32,000 bases of DNA from Candidatus Saccharimonadota bacterium (GCA_002952755.1 CP025011.1:390001-422000), one strand, 5' to 3'. Shown: positions 15,412-24,242, numbered from the stretch's first letter. The notes: a model not told the origin generated them from the letters alone. A program made the numbers and translations.

Positions 15412-16743
15412 ATGCTAGATAAGTTCAAAAGCTCTCTACAAGGCGCTGCGGGCAGGGTTGCCGCTAAAGCCAATGAAGTAAATACTAAGGTCGCTCAGAA
15501 TGCTAAGAAGCAGGAAGAGGACCAATATGTTGTTGGTTTGGACATTGGTACCGAGTTTGTTAAGGCGCTTGTCGGTAAGGTAACCGAAGAAGGTGTTGAT
15601 GTTATTGGGGTCGGCCGCGCGCATCAGGGCTTAAGCGACATGCAAGCCGGGGCAATTGCAGACATTGCCGGCGTAGTCGAAAACTGCGACAAAGCTCTAA
15701 ACGAGGCCGAACAGCAGGCGGGCGTCAGTGCGCGCAGCGCTGTTATTGGCATTGCTGGCGAGCTGGTGAAGGGCATGACGACCACGGTGCGTGTCCAGCG
15801 CAAAATCAGCGAAAAGCCACTCGATATGTATGAGGTAGAGCGAATTATCAAGCTAGTACAGGCCCGCGCCGAAGCCAAAGCACGCAAGCAGCTGGCCTGG
15901 GAGCTAGGCGGTAAAGAAGTTGAAGTGCGTCTAGTAAACAGTGCGCTAGTAGGTATTGAGATTGACGGCTATAAGGTGACTAGCCCCATCGGCTTCCAAG
16001 GCAAAGAGGTGGTCGTACAACTCTATACGGCCTTTGCACCGCAGATTCATATTGGCGCCTTGGAGCGTACTGCGCAGCAACTCGACCTTGAGTTATTGGC
16101 AGTCGCTGCTGAGCCATTTGCCGTCGCGCGGTCAGTCATTGGTGACGACACTAGCGCCAGCATGAATGCCATCCTGATGGACGTTGGTGGTGGTACAACC
16201 GACATTGCCGTTATTACCGATGGCGGCGTACAGGGTACAAAAATGTTTGGCATTGGCGGCCGGGCCTACACTCGCTCGGTGGAGCGGGATTTAAGTATCG
16301 AATTTTCCGAAGCCGAAGCGCTCAAAGTTGGCTTAAGCACCGATAAAGTGCCAGCCAACAAAATAGCAGCTGTTGAGGGTGCTCTGCAAAAAACACTCGA
16401 TGTCTGGATTAGCGGTGTCGAGCTGGCACTTGGCGAGTTCGACAAAATAGATCATCTGCCACATAAGTTACTACTGTGCGGCGGCGGCTCCAGCCTCGAT
16501 CTGCTCATGGAAAAACTGGAAGATAGCAATTGGTATACAGAATTGCCCTTCACCAAGAAACCGAGCGTGCAGCATATGCAGCCCGGCCAAGTCGTAGGCA
16601 TCATTGACAAAACGTCGACGATCGTCGACCATACATTCATAACCGCAATGGGACTTTTGAGGGTAGGCCTCGATACGCTCCAATTTTCGGCCACTCCCAC
16701 CGGCTCGGTCAAAGAAAAAATTGATAGGATCTTAAAGATATAA
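15412..16743 (+). CDS. ftsA: FtsA-like actin-fold ATPase (cell-division protein FtsA family)
   Basis: VVGLDIGTEFVKALVG..VIGVGRAHQGLSDMQAGAIADIAGVVENCDKALNEAEQQAGV, then ILMDVGGGTTDIAV, GIGGRAYT and LLLCGGGSSL match the FtsA phosphate, adenosine and connect motifs. There is a 38-aa N-terminal extension. It is not followed by ftsZ. Confidence 0.75.
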   Translation: MLDKFKSSLQGAAGRVAAKANEVNTKVAQNAKKQEEDQYVVGLDIGTEFVKALVGKVTEEGVDVIGVGRAHQGLSDMQAGAIADIAGVVENCDKALNEAEQQAGVSARSAVIGIAGELVKGMTTTVRVQRKISEKPLDMYEVERIIKLVQARAEAKARKQLAWELGGKEVEVRLVNSALVGIEIDGYKVTSPIGFQGKEVVVQLYTAFAPQIHIGALERTAQQLDLELLAVAAEPFAVARSVIGDDTSASMNAILMDVGGGTTDIAVITDGGVQGTKMFGIGGRAYTRSVERDLSIEFSEAEALKVGLSTDKVPANKIAAVEGALQKTLDVWISGVELALGEFDKIDHLPHKLLLCGGGSSLDLLMEKLEDSNWYTELPFTKKPSVQHMQPGQVVGIIDKTSTIVDHTFITAMGLLRVGLDTLQFSATPTGSVKEKIDRILKI

Positions 16744-16745
16744 GC

Positions 16746-18500
16746 ATGAATACGGCAGGCACCAACAACGGCAAAGATGTCATATACATAGATGTTGAGG
16801 ACGAAATTACCAGCATCATCGATAAGGTGCGCGGCAGCCAGCAGAAGATTGTAGCACTGGTACTCCCCAAGCGTGCCAGTGTGCTGCAAAGTATTGTCAA
16901 TATGAAGCTGCTCAAGCGAAGTGCCGACGAGGCTAAAAAGAATTTGGTACTGATAACCAGCGAAGCAGGGCTTATGCCTCTTGCCGGCACCGTGGGGTTG
17001 CATGTGGCCAAAAGTTTACAGAGCAGGCCCGAAGTTCCTGATGGACCTGGCCGTTTCGAAAACAAGCCGGAAATGGTTGATGAGGACGAGCCTGCAGATG
17101 AAGCGCCCCTGTCTGCGCCTATCGACAAGACAAAAACCGTTGGCGAACTGGCCGGTGCGGCAGTTATGGATCAAGAAGCCGACGACGCTGAGGATACCAT
17201 CGAATTGGGTGACGAAGACGAACCTGGTGACGACGAAACACCGGTTGTTGATATGGGTAAACCTAAGAAAGGGTCCGATAAAAAGCTAAGAGTACCCAAC
17301 TTCAACAAATTCCGACTACTCCTAATACTTGGTGGTGTACTGCTTGTAGGCCTGATTATAGCGCTGTACGTTTGCCTCAAAGTACTACCCAAAGCCCATA
17401 TCGTTATTAAGACAGATAGCTCGGCCATCACCAGTAATACTAACTTAGTACTAAAAATAGATCCGGCAACGACGCTCGACACAAAGAGCGGTAGGATGTT
17501 AGCGAGCATCCAGCAAACTCAGAAAACACAGAGCCAGCAAGTGCCGGCTACCGGTCAGCAGAATAACGGTACCAAGGCGACAGGCAATATTAAGTTCTAT
17601 AACTGTAACCAGGCTGATACACTTGCCGGCACCATGCATACTATTCCAGCTGGTACTGGCGTGACAGCCAATGGCCATACCTTTATTACGAATCAGGATG
17701 TGATTGTACCGCCCAGCCACTTTACAGGTGGGGGCGCCTGCAAGAGCGATCTGCCAAGCTCTACTATTGGCATGACGGCACAGGTTGCCGGTACTGCATC
17801 GAACCAGTCGGCTACTAACTACAGCGTGGCAGGTTATTCCAGTATCACCGGCGTAGGCACTGACACTACAGGCGGTACCGACAATATCACCAAGATCGTT
17901 ACCCAGGCAGATATCGACAGTGCAAAGCAAAAGATTACGGCGCAAGAAACCGATCCAATCAAGCAAGCACTCAAGAGCAGTCTTATTGCCAAGGGATTGT
18001 ACGCCGTGGATGCGACCTTCAATGCTGGCACGCCAGACGTTAAAACGAGCGCCAACGTGGGTGATACTGCCGATACGCTCACTGTTACCGAAGTGACCGC
18101 CTATACTATGTTTGGCGTCCACGAAAGCGATTTGCAAAAGATTGTTGCGAGCGACGTCAATACGAAGATTGATCCATCCAAGCAGAGCATCCTCGATTAC
18201 GGCTTGGCTAATCCAGTCATTACGGTACAGAGTCAGGATCAAAATGGTGCAACAGCTACTATGCAGGCAACTGTTATTGCGGGTCCCGATCTCAAAGTTG
18301 GACCGATTATCCAGGCAGTAGCAGGTAAGAAGGCGGGAGATGCAACTGCAGTCATCAAAGCAAACCCGGGTGTTACTGACGTTACGGTTACATACAGCCC
18401 GTTCTGGGTAAGCTCTATTCCAAAGAACGCCAGCAAAATCACGGTTGTTATTGATAAACCAACCACCACCACAACCACCAATGCAAACGCCAAGCCCTAG
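16746..18500 (+). CDS. Bitopic membrane protein: cytoplasmic N-domain, acidic linker, TM helix, about 370-aa extracytoplasmic domain (possibly the family often labelled baseplate J-like in CPR genomes)
   Basis: Starts 2 nt after the ftsA-like stop. N-domain VIYIDVEDEITSIIDKVRGSQQKIVALVLPKRASVLQSIVNMKLLKR. Acidic stretch DEDEPADE..DQEADDAEDTIELGDEDEPGDDE. TM helix FRLLLILGGVLLVGLIIALYVCL. The ectodomain has ATGNIKFYN..LAGTMHTIPAGTGVTANGHTFIT..AQVAGTASNQ. The baseplate J resemblance is from memory only. Confidence 0.7.
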   Translation: MNTAGTNNGKDVIYIDVEDEITSIIDKVRGSQQKIVALVLPKRASVLQSIVNMKLLKRSADEAKKNLVLITSEAGLMPLAGTVGLHVAKSLQSRPEVPDGPGRFENKPEMVDEDEPADEAPLSAPIDKTKTVGELAGAAVMDQEADDAEDTIELGDEDEPGDDETPVVDMGKPKKGSDKKLRVPNFNKFRLLLILGGVLLVGLIIALYVCLKVLPKAHIVIKTDSSAITSNTNLVLKIDPATTLDTKSGRMLASIQQTQKTQSQQVPATGQQNNGTKATGNIKFYNCNQADTLAGTMHTIPAGTGVTANGHTFITNQDVIVPPSHFTGGGACKSDLPSSTIGMTAQVAGTASNQSATNYSVAGYSSITGVGTDTTGGTDNITKIVTQADIDSAKQKITAQETDPIKQALKSSLIAKGLYAVDATFNAGTPDVKTSANVGDTADTLTVTEVTAYTMFGVHESDLQKIVASDVNTKIDPSKQSILDYGLANPVITVQSQDQNGATATMQATVIAGPDLKVGPIIQAVAGKKAGDATAVIKANPGVTDVTVTYSPFWVSSIPKNASKITVVIDKPTTTTTTNANAKP

Positions 18501-18909
18501 CACAATCCTGGCACTGGATGTGGGGGAGCGGCGTATCGGCGTGGCAATAGCCAGTCTAGAAACACGTTTGCCAAGTGCGCTCACGACACTGCTCCGTAGC
18601 GAAGAATCGCCGCAGGATATTCAGCATTTACTTGAAAAGCATAGCGCCACGGCGCTCGTTGTGGGCTTGCCCCGTGGCTTAGACGGTCAGCACACTGCAC
18701 AGACCAGTGCTGTAGAAGCATTTGGCAAAACACTCGCCGCAAAGGTACAGATTCCGCTATACTGGATAGACGAGGCAGTGACGTCTCGTCAGGCCGAAGC
18801 GGAGCTCATTGCCCGCGGCAAGCCCTATGCCAAGGGCGATATTGACGCCCTGAGCGCTGTGTATATATTAGAAGATTTTCTCAGAGATCATTCAGAGGAC
18901 ATCGTATGA
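18481..18909 (+). CDS. ruvX: Putative pre-16S rRNA nuclease / Holliday-junction resolvase-like YqgF (RuvX)
   Basis: ILALDVGERRIGVAIAS..., ALVVGLPRGLDGQHTAQT and YWIDEAVTSRQAE fit the YqgF family. ATG 18481 overlaps the upstream gene end by 20 nt. The track start 18445 is less likely. Confidence 0.85.
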   Translation: MQTPSPSTILALDVGERRIGVAIASLETRLPSALTTLLRSEESPQDIQHLLEKHSATALVVGLPRGLDGQHTAQTSAVEAFGKTLAAKVQIPLYWIDEAVTSRQAEAELIARGKPYAKGDIDALSAVYILEDFLRDHSEDIV

Positions 18910-19955
18910 GGTATTCTACCCGACCCCAAAAGCGTACATGGCCTAAGCGCCTGCTTATCTTGTCGATAGTTCTCGTAGTGGGGCTAGCGGCCGCTACAGC
19001 CGTGGTGCGCCGTATATACTTCCAAGATTTGCGCGCGGTAACTCCAGGAAGCCAAAAAACGCAGCTGTTTACCGTGCAAAAGGGCGCTTCGGCCGATAGC
19101 ATTGGTAAGCAATTGAAAGATGCCGGGTTGATTCATTCTGCGTGGGCCTTTAAACTCTATGTCACCGGCTCGGCAGCGCGCGACTCCTTGCAGGCAGGCA
19201 CGTACTCTTTGAGCCCCAGCCAAAGCATGGCGCAAATTGTGTCACAGCTTACTCATGGCAAGGTGGCTACCGACTTGGTGACCATTATCCCCGGGCAACG
19301 ACTCGACCAAGTACGTACCATGCTCATTAACTATGGTTTTAGCAAAAATCAGGTGGAGGCGGCGCTCGATCCTACAACGTATAAGGACAACCCGGCACTC
19401 GTGGATAAACCCGCCAGTGCGAGCTTGGAAGGGTACCTCTATCCTGACTCGTACCAAAAGGATGCTACGACTTTACCGAGTGAGATTATTACCGAATCAC
19501 TAGCCGAAATGGGCAAACAGCTGACACCAGACATACGCGCTGCCTTCGCCCAAAAAGGCCTGAGTACCTACCAAGGCATTGTCGTCGCCTCCATTATCGA
19601 ACAAGAAGTATCTAAGCAGAGTGACCGTGCCACCGCTGCACAAGTGTTTCTGAAGCGTTTGCAAAATGGTATCCCGCTCGGTTCGGACGTTACCGCTTAT
19701 TACGGCGCCTTCATAGCGGGCAAGGGGCATACACTGCAATATGATTCACCCTACAATACGCGACTCCATACCGGCTTGCCGCCCGGCCCGATTGGCAGTG
19801 TGAGTGCCCGCTCGCTGCAGGCCGTTGCCCACCCTTCCCAAACCGATTATCTCTATTTTGTAACCGGCGACGATGGTGTTACTCACTTTTCAAACACCCT
19901 CGACGAACACAACGCAGCTACCGCTCAGTACTGCCACAAACTATGCTCAGAATAG
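18906..19955 (+). CDS. mltG: Endolytic murein transglycosylase MltG (YceG family)
   Basis: ATGA overlap with the ruvX stop. N-terminal TM helix, then FTVQKGASADSIGKQLKDAGLI, LQAGTYSLSP, IVVASIIEQE, YNTRLHTGLPPGPIGSVS and DYLYFV. Confidence 0.88.
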   Translation: MRYSTRPQKRTWPKRLLILSIVLVVGLAAATAVVRRIYFQDLRAVTPGSQKTQLFTVQKGASADSIGKQLKDAGLIHSAWAFKLYVTGSAARDSLQAGTYSLSPSQSMAQIVSQLTHGKVATDLVTIIPGQRLDQVRTMLINYGFSKNQVEAALDPTTYKDNPALVDKPASASLEGYLYPDSYQKDATTLPSEIITESLAEMGKQLTPDIRAAFAQKGLSTYQGIVVASIIEQEVSKQSDRATAAQVFLKRLQNGIPLGSDVTAYYGAFIAGKGHTLQYDSPYNTRLHTGLPPGPIGSVSARSLQAVAHPSQTDYLYFVTGDDGVTHFSNTLDEHNAATAQYCHKLCSE

Positions 19956-19972
19956 GATACGCGTGGCTCTTC

Positions 19973-20473
19973 TTAGGAACTGGCGGCACGTGCGCTGGGA
20001 GTATGACGCCCTTTCGTCCGCCTTTTGAAGGCGCTAAAGCCGCTCCGATCACAGAGTTTGGTCATGACGGGCTCCTGACTCGCTGCTTCTGCCTTACCGG
20101 CACTTCCCGTAAAGAATGAAAGCGACCTAGACGTCTCGCCTTCCTCGGGAGCGAATGGGGCCGCGTGTGCATCGAGGGTGTATGAAATGCTAGAGGAGCC
20201 GACCCGTTTATAACCCAATTTTGCCTCGTTATGCGCCTTCCGTGCATCCTCGCCAGCCTCATATGCTGCATTGACGGCAGCTCTGCCGACGTACTGTCCA
20301 TTGACGGGGTTGCGCACTTTTCCGTCAGGCTCAAAGACGAGTGCACATAAAGAGCCAGCAACTTCTTCTATGGGGAGCGTTGGAACGGTGGGTGGGAATT
20401 CGCCGGTCGCTGCAGTATCTGCGTTTGTCATTCTTAGATGTCCCATACTAGCATAATAGGTATGTATTATCAA
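19973..20473 (-). CDS. Hypothetical protein (start uncertain; alternatives at 20446 and 20431)
   Basis: 166-aa ORF with plausible composition and no recognisable domain. Convergent with mltG. Confidence 0.4.
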   Translation of the reverse strand: MIIHTYYASMGHLRMTNADTAATGEFPPTVPTLPIEEVAGSLCALVFEPDGKVRNPVNGQYVGRAAVNAAYEAGEDARKAHNEAKLGYKRVGSSSISYTLDAHAAPFAPEEGETSRSLSFFTGSAGKAEAASQEPVMTKLCDRSGFSAFKRRTKGRHTPSARAASS

Positions 20474-20826
20474 TATCCCCGGTAATGGCGTTTACGCCAG
20501 TGAGGGGCGGCTACGATTCGGGTTGCAGCACAGAACGCCGGTCCTGTGATGTGGTAGGTTGCGGGATCTTATATAACCCGAGTGTCCGTTACGATAGTTG
20601 TGCAAGTTGCGATAATATGTCACTATATATGGATGATCACCCCATCTGAGGGGCTTTATAGCTTGCGTGCCGACAATACAGATGCTTCCCAGGAGCATGA
20701 GGTAGTGCTGCCCAACTCCGCCCCTTTAGTTATATATCCAGATAGGAATGCGCGGAGCATAGTCCATGCTGCGGTAAAGTCTGCCCTGGGTGTATCGTGG
20801 GAAGTGGAAACCGACCCGAGCGGCCT

Positions 20827-21591
20827 ATGGCCGCATACGAGCGAACTCTCGACGCTTTGCCACCGAAAGAAAGATCCTACGCCGCCCATAGCTTGGTAAT
20901 CGGCGATATGTCGCCTACAGTTAAAGCGTTAATCGATAACGCGCTTGAGACTCCTTCTAGAGAGGTGGGTTTTAATACGTTCCAGGAGCTAATCCTGACC
21001 GCTTATGCAGCAGCTGCTGGATATTACAAAGAAGCTTACCCTGCCCGATATCAATATGCCAACAAGGCACATAAGGAGGCTCGTGGCGGTATCGGAGATG
21101 CGTATGCATCTATAGTGGCCGGAGGAGGGTCCGGGAGTATAACCAGTATAGCCGCTATGCGTTCATTGCCCTACTATTACGCGCAACGATATGGCGGTAC
21201 ATTCGACGCTTTTCCTAAAAAAGAAGTGCAAAGTAGGCTATTCGATACTGGCTTTCGACTCGTACTTCTGCTTGCTAGCCAACAAATGACTGTTTTTGAC
21301 GGAAGTGAGGAATTTACGGTGACAACGCCTACGGGCGCAATGATAGATCCCAGGCTGGTAGATTTCGCCCCAAACGGTACGGTTACCGCTTCGCCAGAGC
21401 TGGAGCATAGGCTCAAATCAATTGTCATGACAGCCGGTGGCACGCCGTGGTTAGGGTGTCCAATATTATTTGACGCTCGAGCCCGCGAAGGTATGAAAGG
21501 AATATATTACACGTTCGCTGGCAAGATAAAAAAGAATCCCGGGAATTTTTATATGCCTAAAACGCTTGAGCCAATCCCGCCCAAAGATTAG
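20827..21591 (+). CDS. Hypothetical protein (about 254 aa; the track start is the GTG at 20797)
   Basis: Long ORF with a helical-looking N-terminus (MAAYERTLDALPPKERSYAAHSLVIGDMSPTVKALIDNALE) and no recognisable domain. An upstream ORF in another frame (20633..20899) may be a frameshifted 5' part. Confidence 0.5.
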   Translation: MAAYERTLDALPPKERSYAAHSLVIGDMSPTVKALIDNALETPSREVGFNTFQELILTAYAAAAGYYKEAYPARYQYANKAHKEARGGIGDAYASIVAGGGSGSITSIAAMRSLPYYYAQRYGGTFDAFPKKEVQSRLFDTGFRLVLLLASQQMTVFDGSEEFTVTTPTGAMIDPRLVDFAPNGTVTASPELEHRLKSIVMTAGGTPWLGCPILFDARAREGMKGIYYTFAGKIKKNPGNFYMPKTLEPIPPKD

Positions 21592-21641
21592 CCAAACCAA
21601 GAGTGATAGAAGCTGCAGGACGACTAAACTGAAGCTGTTTA

Positions 21642-21650
21642 TGATATAAT
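21642..21650 (+). promoter_or_regulatory. Extended -10 promoter (TGaTATAAT) upstream of the LysM-CHAP gene
   Basis: TGa (21642-21644) plus TATAAT (21645-21650), 34 nt upstream of ATG 21685. Confidence 0.4.
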
Positions 21651-21662
21651 TAGGTGCGTAGC

Positions 21663-21684
21663 ATCCAGAGATAGGTCTCTGGAT
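21663..21684 (+). promoter_or_regulatory. Perfect 9-bp hairpin abutting the start codon of the LysM-CHAP gene
   Basis: ATCCAGAGA (21663-21671), loop TAGG, TCTCTGGAT (21676-21684), immediately followed by ATG 21685. It lies inside the predicted short 5' leader. Confidence 0.4.
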
Positions 21685-22857
21685 ATGAGCTTTATCATCG
21701 CTACATTTGGAGATAGATTTATTAGTAACGCTCACGAACAAACTGCTGCCGCTCATGTGCATGTGGTGCGGCCGGGCACTTTCTGGCGACAGCTAAACAA
21801 GATATTTCATCGGCTCATGGCCAATCGCCGTGTGGTTCGTTCTTCTCTTGCTGCCTTCAACGTATTGCTGTTGGTAGTTATTGGCGTATTCGCTTTTCGT
21901 GGAGCGGGCACGGGCTTGCCCACCAACCAACAGGCGGTGCTGAACACTAACAATAAGAGCGCCAGCCAACCGCTCGACCAACTATCTTCGGCGGATATTG
22001 CCGCGAATGCCTCGCTGATTACGCATTTACCCGAAACAACTGCAGTGATCAACCAAGCCGACAGTGCCAAAGCCGACCTGGCCATTGCTTCTGCAGACAC
22101 TGTCGTAGTGGCTAAGCCGCAAGCGGTAGCTACCGCTCTCAAGAGCAACAAAGATATCAAGAAATATGTGTCTCCGGCTGATGATACGGTAGCGGACATC
22201 GCGGCCAAATTTAACGTCACTTCGGACAGTATCATGTGGTCGAACAGTTTAACGTCGAGTTCGATAAAAGCGGGCGGCACGTTATGGATCCCGCCAGTGA
22301 ACGGGATTGTGTACACCGTGCAGGCCAACGATACGCTAGACAGCATTGCTTCCAAGTACCGCGCCAACAAAGACCAACTGATTGCCTATAACGATGCCGA
22401 GATTAGCGGCATTCACGAAGGCGAAGTTATCCTGGTCCCTAACGGTCAGCAGCCGGCGCCTGTTATTACGTACCGCGCATCGCAGGCGGTATACAGCTAT
22501 AACGGCTACGACTACGGTTTTTGTACCTGGTACGTCGCCAACCGCCGGGCGCAGATCGGCCGGCCGCTGCCATCTAACTTGGGTAATGCTAATACCTGGG
22601 CAATCTTGGCCGCCAGTTTTGGCATTGCCACGGGGTCGACACCGCAAGTAGGCGCAGCGGCAGTGAAACACAGCGGCCCCCCGGGCCATGTGGCGTTTGT
22701 GGAGTCGGTAAACGCCGACGGCAGCTTCTGGATTTCAGAGATGAACTCCTACGGCCAGGCATCAATGACGGATACCACAGGCCGCGGCGGTTGGGGCACG
22801 GTGGACTGGAAATTAATCCCGCCCGAATTAGCCGGCACTTATTCCTACGTTTACTAG
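21685..22857 (+). CDS. Membrane-anchored peptidoglycan hydrolase with two LysM domains and a C-terminal CHAP domain
   Basis: TM helix LAAFNVLLLVVIGVFAF. LysM repeats YVSPADDTVADIAAKFNVTSDSIMWSN and YTVQANDTLDSIASKYRANKDQLIAYN. CHAP motifs GFCTWYVANRR (Cys) and PGHVAFVESVNADGSFWISEMN (His). An alternative start is ATG 21817. Confidence 0.85.
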   Translation: MSFIIATFGDRFISNAHEQTAAAHVHVVRPGTFWRQLNKIFHRLMANRRVVRSSLAAFNVLLLVVIGVFAFRGAGTGLPTNQQAVLNTNNKSASQPLDQLSSADIAANASLITHLPETTAVINQADSAKADLAIASADTVVVAKPQAVATALKSNKDIKKYVSPADDTVADIAAKFNVTSDSIMWSNSLTSSSIKAGGTLWIPPVNGIVYTVQANDTLDSIASKYRANKDQLIAYNDAEISGIHEGEVILVPNGQQPAPVITYRASQAVYSYNGYDYGFCTWYVANRRAQIGRPLPSNLGNANTWAILAASFGIATGSTPQVGAAAVKHSGPPGHVAFVESVNADGSFWISEMNSYGQASMTDTTGRGGWGTVDWKLIPPELAGTYSYVY

Positions 22858-22886
22858 TAGCCAGACATCTGTTTTACTAAGAGCAG

Positions 22887-24170
22887 ATGAACTTCATTGA
22901 TAAAGCAAGTATTGTGATCCGGGCGGGCGATGGCGGCGACGGCCGGGTTAATTTCCGGCACGAAAAATTTATCGACAAGGGCGGCCCCGATGGCGGCGAC
23001 GGCGGCAAGGGCGGCGATGTTATCCTGGTCGGCAGTCGCAACCAAAATACGCTGGCCAACTTTCGTTATCAAAAAGAAGTAGTGGCCCCCCCAGGCGAAC
23101 CTGGCGACAAGCGCCGTAAACATGGCAGAAATGGTGCCAATGTGCTGGTGCCCGTGCCCGTAGGCACCTTGGTTATCGACGAAGCTGGCCGCATTGTGGC
23201 CGACGCGAACGAAGATGGCAAACAGATCGTCATCGCCAAAGGTGGCAAGGGGGGCTTTGGCAATGCTCACTTTGTTAGCAGCACACGCCAGGCGCCGAAG
23301 GTTGCTGAAAAGGGTGAACCGGGTGAGGCTTATGCGGCAACGCTCGAACTCAAGATTATCGCCGATGTCGGCCTGGTAGGGCTACCGAATGCCGGTAAAT
23401 CAACCCTTCTCAGCGTGATCAGTAATGCCCGTCCTGAGATCGCTGATTATCCGTTTACTACGCTTGTGCCTAATCTTGGGGTAGTTGACGTCGATAAAAA
23501 ATATAGCCTCCTACTGGCCGATATCCCTGGGCTAATTGAAGGTGCCGCCGAAGGCAAGGGCCTGGGCGACGATTTTTTGCGCCATGTGGAGCGTACCGCA
23601 GTACTCGTGCACCTTATTGATGCCTATCAGGAAGATGTCGTCCAAACGTATAAGACCATTCAGGGGGAATTGCAGGCTTACAAGGTGGACCTATCCACCC
23701 GTCCGCAGGTAGTTGCGCTGACTAAAATCGAGGGGCTTGATAGCGATATCATTAAGGATCAGCTCACAAGGCTTAGGAAAGTACTCCCCAAAGACACGCC
23801 GCTCACAGCGATTTCTGCCCATACCAAGCAAGGCATGCCGGAACTGCTGCGTACTTTGCGCGATATTGTCGAGGCCGAGCGTACCAAAGAGCGTACGGCA
23901 GAAGCTGCCATCGCTGCGCCCTCTATACCGGTACTAACGTTAGAAGACGAAGGCGACGCTTGGGAAGTAACCAAAGCAGAAGATGGGTACCAAGTCCACG
24001 GCACCAAGATCGAGCGCTTTGCCGTACGCACCGACTTTAACAGCCCCGCAGGTGTCGAGCGTCTGCGCGACATCATGCAAAAACAGGGTATTATGCACGA
24101 GCTCGTGCGGCAAGGCGTAACTCCCGGCGATTCTATCCGCATCGGCTCCAAAGGCGAAATTACTTATTAA
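22887..24170 (+). CDS. obg: GTPase Obg/CgtA
   Basis: Glycine-rich Obg fold FIDKASIVIRAGDGGDGRVNFRHEKFIDKGGPDGGDGGKGGDV. G-domain motifs GLVGLPNAGKST, DIPGLIEGA and LTKIE. C-terminal OCT-like domain TKIERFAVRTDF..GVTPGDSIRIG. Confidence 0.93.
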   Translation: MNFIDKASIVIRAGDGGDGRVNFRHEKFIDKGGPDGGDGGKGGDVILVGSRNQNTLANFRYQKEVVAPPGEPGDKRRKHGRNGANVLVPVPVGTLVIDEAGRIVADANEDGKQIVIAKGGKGGFGNAHFVSSTRQAPKVAEKGEPGEAYAATLELKIIADVGLVGLPNAGKSTLLSVISNARPEIADYPFTTLVPNLGVVDVDKKYSLLLADIPGLIEGAAEGKGLGDDFLRHVERTAVLVHLIDAYQEDVVQTYKTIQGELQAYKVDLSTRPQVVALTKIEGLDSDIIKDQLTRLRKVLPKDTPLTAISAHTKQGMPELLRTLRDIVEAERTKERTAEAAIAAPSIPVLTLEDEGDAWEVTKAEDGYQVHGTKIERFAVRTDFNSPAGVERLRDIMQKQGIMHELVRQGVTPGDSIRIGSKGEITY

Positions 24171-24196
24171 TTTTCGTTAACAATTACCCGTGATGC

Positions 24197-24233
24197 TTGT
24201 CACATTGACAAATATACCGTCTGCTACGACACT
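24197..24233 (+). promoter_or_regulatory. Promoter/operator module A: palindrome TTGTCACATTGACAA overlapping a -35 TTGACA
   Basis: The palindrome is at 24197-24211 (TTGTCA cat TGACAA). TTGACA is at 24205-24210, followed by a 17-nt spacer and a weak -10 GACACT (24228-24233). ATG 24243 lies 9 nt after the hexamer. The same 15-mer recurs at 24683-24697. Confidence 0.5.
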
Positions 24234-24242
24234 ACCAATAGT

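Noticed and set aside
17499-18584. 361-aa ORF on the minus strand
   Set aside because: It is entirely antisense to the well-supported 16746-18500 and ruvX genes. It has Cys/Arg/Asn-rich unnatural composition and no start context. It is a shadow ORF.
21807-22370. 187-aa minus-strand ORF
   Set aside because: It is antisense to the LysM-CHAP gene, which has unambiguous domain motifs.
24197-24211. Interpreting TTGTCACATTGACAA as a LexA/SOS box because sbcB and uvrA are nearby
   Set aside because: The sequence does not match the SOS-box consensus forms I know (CTGT-N8-ACAG, CGAACRNRYGTTYC or TCGAAC-N4-GTTCGA). No copy is seen in the uvrA upstream region. It is kept as an unassigned operator instead.
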